64,000 nucleotides of DNA from Candidatus Latescibacterota bacterium (GTDB lineage: Bacteria; Latescibacterota; UBA2968; GCA-2709665), in contig CAXXXF010000013.1 in assembly GCA_963667175.2 (NCBI GenBank), positions 160,001 through 224,000 on the forward strand. Direction: 5' to 3'. Each line of letters begins with the position of its first letter. Position 1 is the stretch's first letter. Positions 59,373-64,000 of the stretch are shown here, piece by piece. Below the pieces are notes generated by a model. That model was given only the letters and a program-made list of their open reading frames with translations. It had not been told where the DNA came from and did not search any database. A program made the translations under genes and the position numbers.

Positions 59373-59720
59373 ATGAAATTGCCGTTCAGGGCTCGTCAGG
59401 CCGCAGGAAAAGTTCGCCGACTGATCCTGGTTCACTTTCGGAAGTCCTATGTTGCGCAGCAGGCAACGCTCCTTGCGGGCGAATGCAACCGGTGCGGCAA
59501 TTGTTGCGAGATTCTCTTCAAATGTCCCTTCCTGGTCAAACAGGACGATGGAATCTCAGTTTGCAGCATCTACGAAAACCGGCCGCTTCAGTGCGACGCG
59601 TTTCCGATCGACGAAAGATGTCTGGCCGACGTGGAGTTCGATTGCACGTTCAGTTTTGAAAAGAACCCCGCGCCGGCGCCGGGCCGGGCGAGACGACTGC
59701 TTCAGATCGATTCCGATTGA
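59373..59720 (+). CDS. YkgJ-like cysteine cluster protein
   Basis: CNRCGNCC...CPFL...CSIYENRP..C..FP. Confidence 0.75.
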   Translation: MKLPFRARQAAGKVRRLILVHFRKSYVAQQATLLAGECNRCGNCCEILFKCPFLVKQDDGISVCSIYENRPLQCDAFPIDERCLADVEFDCTFSFEKNPAPAPGRARRLLQIDSD

Positions 59721-59866
59721 CCGGAGCCCTGGAACTTCCCATTGCCTGTCACGTCTAAACTGGGGCCGGACGCCGGAACGCGGGCCACACACGCCTCCGT
59801 TCCCCTCGCCCGGCCCCAGTTTCGCTGATTCCGGTCGCAATCCAGAGACAGATAAACAGGATTTCA

Positions 59867-60571
59867 ATGCCCGACAACGCCGCAGGACGATCCGCCCGAT
59901 GGGGAGTGCCCTGTGCCTTGTTTTGCCTTCTGGCGGTTGGCTCCGCCCGCACTCCGGCGCAACTTCCGGGACCTCCCGCGACGTTCACGATTGCGCGGCT
60001 CAAGTTCGGCGGGGGGGGCGACTGGTACAACGGGCCCACCGAGATTCCCAACCTTCTGGCATTTATCCGAAGTCAAACGACGATCCAAACGGCAGACCGG
60101 GAAGCCAGGGTCGAAATCATGGACGAGAACCTCTTCGCCTATCCCGTACTTTACCTCACCGGGCATGGAAATATCCGATTTTCCGAAGACGAGGTCAGGC
60201 GCTTGCGCACGTACCTTGAACATGGCGGCTTCCTGTTTGCCAACGACGACTACGGACTGGACACAGCGTTCCGCCGTGAAATCAGACGAACGTTTCCGGA
60301 TAAGGAACTGGTCGAGTTGCCGCCCTCGTTCGGCATCTTTCAACACCCGTTCTCGTTCCCGGACGGCCTTCCCAAGATCCACGAGCATGACGGGAAACGA
60401 CCACAGGCCTTTGGCATCTTTCACGAAGGAAGGCTTGTGGTCTTTTACAATTACGAATGCGACCTCGGGGATGGTTGGAACGACGCGGCTGTCCACGAAG
60501 ATCCGCCGGAAAAGCGGGATGCCGCATTGAAGATGGGTACAAACGTTATCGTCTGGGCGCTTACGCACTGA
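59867..60571 (+). CDS. DUF4159 domain protein
   Basis: GGGDWY, YLTGHG, GGFLFAND, GLPKIHEHD, DLGDGW. Confidence 0.85.
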   Translation: MPDNAAGRSARWGVPCALFCLLAVGSARTPAQLPGPPATFTIARLKFGGGGDWYNGPTEIPNLLAFIRSQTTIQTADREARVEIMDENLFAYPVLYLTGHGNIRFSEDEVRRLRTYLEHGGFLFANDDYGLDTAFRREIRRTFPDKELVELPPSFGIFQHPFSFPDGLPKIHEHDGKRPQAFGIFHEGRLVVFYNYECDLGDGWNDAAVHEDPPEKRDAALKMGTNVIVWALTH

Positions 60572-60609
60572 CCGCTCGACGCCTCCGAAACGGCGCTCCC
60601 CTCACTTTT

Positions 60610-63600
60610 ATGTCCGGAACATCCGCAAATGCCGCGTACCGGAACCTGCTGCGCAGGCTGTACGCGCTTCGGAAGAGGCAGATTGCCGCCCGTGTCCTGT
60701 ACGGCGCGGGTTTGACGCTCTGCTGCGCGCTGGGGTGCTTTTTCGTTTTGCTTCTCCTTGAAACAGCCCTCTATCTCCCGCCGACGGTCAAGGTGGTAGT
60801 GGTGGGGGTTATCGGGCTTGTTCTGGCCTTTCTCGCGGTATTGTACTGCTTTCGTCCGTTACTCCTTCCGCCGTCGCCGGAAGACGTCGCCCTGCAGGTC
60901 GAACGCGCGTTCGGCGGACTTCATCAGCGTCTGATCAGCGCGCTGCAGCTCTGGACTACGGAGAGGCACGTCGACCATTCTGCCCGGATGGTCGACGCCG
61001 CCGTGATTCAGGCGGACGAAGCCCTCGCGAGCTTGAATCTGGATCCGCTGGTCGCCCGCGTCCAACCTCTGCGGATGGCCGTTCTCTGCGGTGCGCTTGG
61101 CGTCGCCATTCTCGTGGCATTCGCGATTCTTCCCGGGCCGTTAACCGCTGCCGCGGGCCGGATTTCCCGACCGGCCACCGCCTACGCCCGCCCGCCCGAG
61201 ACGTTTATCGCGGTCCATTCCGGGAGCGCCGAGATCGTCGCCGGCGAGCCGTTCGCAATCGAGGCGACACTCACCGGTCTCGTGCCCCTCCAGGCCAGAA
61301 TCACCCTCCGGGAAGATGACGCATGGACGCCCCTCGAGCTTTCGGTGCGCAACGGGCGGATCGAGCACAGGATTCCCGCCGTTACCCGATCACTTCAGTA
61401 CCGACTTCAAGCAAACGACGCGGTAACGCCGGTTTACACGGTTACGGCGAAACCGCGGCCGATGGTGGTGCGGCTGCGCCACGACAACCGCTATCCTGCC
61501 TATACCCGGCATGAGGAAGTCCACGGCGTGGATGGCGGCGATATTGTGGCCGTCACCGGAACCTCGACCGCCCTTCACGTGGGATCCAGCCTGCCGCTGG
61601 GCGCCGCTGAAATCGTCTTCGACGACAGCATCAGGTCAATGGCGCGAATAGACGGACGATCCGCTCTCTTCAATCTGATTGTCGGCCGGGACCGGCGATA
61701 TACAATCGCGCTGCGCGATACGCATGATATCGCCAGCACCGATCCTGTCGAATACCGCATCGTGGCCCTGCAGGACCGTCCTCCTGAAATCCGCTTGCTC
61801 CGGCCGGGAAGAGTCACCGAACTGGGGGAAGACATGCAGGTACCCCTGTTCGTGGAAGCCCAAGATGATTTCGGCGTTGCAAAGATCGAAATTCGATACC
61901 GCCTGAACGATGACGAGGCGGCGGAGATCCTCCCCTTCCCCCTGGATGAACCGGGTGTCGGAGAGCTCACCCGGTCCTATGTATGGGATCTTTCGGGCCT
62001 GGACCTGTTGCCCGGCGATCGAGTCGTCTTCAGGCTGCGCGCGTACGACGCCAACACGGTTTCCGGACCAGGCATGACGGAAACACCGGCATTCACCGTC
62101 CGTTTTCCTTCTCTGCTGGAGATTCATCGGCAGGCGCAGCAGGCCCACGAAGAGGGTCTGACAGATATGACCGCCATCAGGCAGGAGGGGGAGGCGGTAC
62201 GGGAACGACTGGAAGCGTTCGCCCATCGACTGTTGAAAGAACGACAGATGCAATGGCAGCACGGCAAGGAACTGGAAACCGCGATCGACGACCAGGCCCA
62301 CGCCGGGGAACGTCTTGAGAAGGTGAGCGAGAAACTTGAGGAAACACTGGACAGGTTGGAACAGAGCGGACTTCTGGGCGACGAAACCCTGCAGAAGCTG
62401 ACCCAGATACAGGAACTGCTCTCCGAAATCGAGACACCCGGATTGAAAGAAGCCATGGAGGAACTCCGGGACGCCATGCAGCGCGTCGATCCCGCAGCCG
62501 TCGAGGAAGCCCTGAAGGCGTTCCGAGGCGAACAGCAAGGGTTTCAGCGGTCTCTGGCGCGGACGATCGACCTGCTGCGGCAACTTCGATCGGAACAGGC
62601 CCTCGAGGCCCTGACCCGGGCGCTGAAAGCGCTTTCGGAAGAGCAACGTCGCGTGGTCGAGAACATCGGCGATGATCACGCGCCTTCGTCACTGGCAGGC
62701 CGGCAGGACGCGATCAGAAAGCGGACAGGTTCATTTGAAGACGAACTCGCTGAAACCACCGGGAAGATAGCGGAGCACCCCACGGCCGCGAATCAGCTGA
62801 GACGCCTGGCGGAGCGGTTCGAAGCACAGCGCATACCCGAACGCATGCGCCTCGTGAGCCGCGATCTGCGCGAGGAATCGGCGCAGTCGGCTCGAACCCG
62901 GGGCGAACGTATCGCCGGAGAACTCGACAGGTTCGCGAAGGACTTCGACGCGGTCAGGCAGGCTTTTGTCAACCGACGGAAGGAAGCGCTGACCCGTCAA
63001 CTCGATCAGCTGACCCACAACCTGCTGGGCCTCTCGACCGCTCAGGAAGAGACCGCGCGCAAGGCGGAGGAATTCTCCCGGGACAGCGATCCGGCAGTGC
63101 TGGCGGCTGAACAGGCACGTATACTGGCCGGCGCGACCCGTCTGGCCAACCACTTGATGGAAGCCGCTCACAGGACCTATTTCGTCACGCCCGAAACCGG
63201 CGCCGCGCTGGGTCGGGCGCTCATCAGGATCAGGGAGGCTGCCGGTCATATGCAGGCCGGCGCCGGTTCCCGGGCAGCCGAAACCGGCAAGGACGCCATG
63301 GGCGCCCTGAATGACGCCGCACTCGCGCTCCGAAAGGTAATCGAGGACGTCTCCGCTGCCGGTTCTTCGGTGGGCCTGGAAGAAATGCTCCAGCGCATGC
63401 AGGAATTGGCCGACCAACAGTCGGGCCTGAACACCCTGAGCGAATCCCTGCTCGATTCGCGGCGTCCGTCGGCCGAGGGGCGAAGTCGCCCGATGAGCTT
63501 CGCCCGGATGGCGGCCAGGCAGAGAGCCATCCTGCAGGCGCTGCAGGAAGTCCGCCGGTGGATGGGCAGCCGGCGGCAGGCGCTGCTCGGCGATCTGGAT

Positions 63601-63945
63601 CATATCGCATCCGAGATGGAAGCCGTGGTTCAGGAGATGCAGGACCGGCGCGCGGGCAGCGGAACGCTGGAGCGCCAGCGCAGGATTCTCTCTCGCCTGC
63701 TGGATGCCCAGAGATCGATCCGCCAGCGCGGCCGAAGCTCGGAACGGCGCGCACGACGGGGTTCAGACCTGGCGTACCAGGGTCCGGGCTCGTTGCCCGG
63801 GAATCTGGGCGAAGCCGACAATCCGCTCCGCAAACGTCTCCGGGAGGCGCTCGATGCAGGGTTCGCCGTCGAATATCAGCGGCTCATCCGGAGCTACTTC
63901 GAGTCATTGATGCAGGACGCGCTCAAGCGCGAAGATGCCCGATGA
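60610..63945 (+). CDS. DUF4175-like membrane-anchored coiled-coil protein
   Basis: N-terminal TMs, Ig-like middle (YPAYT, DRPP, DDFG), long coiled-coil tail ending EYQRLIRSYF; adjacent to DUF4159. Confidence 0.75.
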   Translation: MSGTSANAAYRNLLRRLYALRKRQIAARVLYGAGLTLCCALGCFFVLLLLETALYLPPTVKVVVVGVIGLVLAFLAVLYCFRPLLLPPSPEDVALQVERAFGGLHQRLISALQLWTTERHVDHSARMVDAAVIQADEALASLNLDPLVARVQPLRMAVLCGALGVAILVAFAILPGPLTAAAGRISRPATAYARPPETFIAVHSGSAEIVAGEPFAIEATLTGLVPLQARITLREDDAWTPLELSVRNGRIEHRIPAVTRSLQYRLQANDAVTPVYTVTAKPRPMVVRLRHDNRYPAYTRHEEVHGVDGGDIVAVTGTSTALHVGSSLPLGAAEIVFDDSIRSMARIDGRSALFNLIVGRDRRYTIALRDTHDIASTDPVEYRIVALQDRPPEIRLLRPGRVTELGEDMQVPLFVEAQDDFGVAKIEIRYRLNDDEAAEILPFPLDEPGVGELTRSYVWDLSGLDLLPGDRVVFRLRAYDANTVSGPGMTETPAFTVRFPSLLEIHRQAQQAHEEGLTDMTAIRQEGEAVRERLEAFAHRLLKERQMQWQHGKELETAIDDQAHAGERLEKVSEKLEETLDRLEQSGLLGDETLQKLTQIQELLSEIETPGLKEAMEELRDAMQRVDPAAVEEALKAFRGEQQGFQRSLARTIDLLRQLRSEQALEALTRALKALSEEQRRVVENIGDDHAPSSLAGRQDAIRKRTGSFEDELAETTGKIAEHPTAANQLRRLAERFEAQRIPERMRLVSRDLREESAQSARTRGERIAGELDRFAKDFDAVRQAFVNRRKEALTRQLDQLTHNLLGLSTAQEETARKAEEFSRDSDPAVLAAEQARILAGATRLANHLMEAAHRTYFVTPETGAALGRALIRIREAAGHMQAGAGSRAAETGKDAMGALNDAALALRKVIEDVSAAGSSVGLEEMLQRMQELADQQSGLNTLSESLLDSRRPSAEGRSRPMSFARMAARQRAILQALQEVRRWMGSRRQALLGDLDHIASEMEAVVQEMQDRRAGSGTLERQRRILSRLLDAQRSIRQRGRSSERRARRGSDLAYQGPGSLPGNLGEADNPLRKRLREALDAGFAVEYQRLIRSYFESLMQDALKREDAR

Positions 63946-64000
63946 AAACACGGACTTTACCCCATACCGTTTCCGTTCTCGTTGCGTTTCTCCTGATCGC
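63942..64000 (+). CDS. Start of a downstream gene (partial, signal-peptide-like)
   Basis: ATGA overlap; MKTRTLPHTVSVLVAFLLI. Confidence 0.45.
   Translation, partial: MKTRTLPHTVSVLVAFLLI

Overview
GC-rich bacterial chromosomal window from a diderm (LptD present). The housekeeping backbone includes trmB, a Sec-containing selD, lysA, tRNA-Leu, lptD, dtd, maf, a rodZ-like gene and priA. Two accessory regions interrupt it. (1) A defence/mobile island at ~7.7-25.3 kb lies between an ABC ATPase/permease pair and an AttH-like gene that usually follows such a pair. It holds two tandem membrane-anchored pentapeptide-repeat paralogues, toxin-antitoxin-like modules, a Ser/Thr kinase + TPR-like pair, and an ORF-less group II intron with a 285-bp MITE at its deletion junction. 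It also holds a type III-like R-M locus with an HD-phosphohydrolase/YwgA-like pair between mod and res, and a single-ORF HTH-methyltransferase-BsuBI/PstI endonuclease fusion. (2) A peptide-export locus at ~35.0-44.85 kb: a consensus sigma54 promoter, three small double-glycine-leader precursors with unrelated cores, a DUF3267-like peptidase, two CPBP/CAAX proteases, a cNMP-domain C39-peptidase ABC transporter, HlyD and a PpiC-type rotamase, with no modifying enzyme. This locus, the embedded defence modules and the intron are the strongest candidates for undescribed biology. All family assignments come from motif recognition by eye, not database searches.
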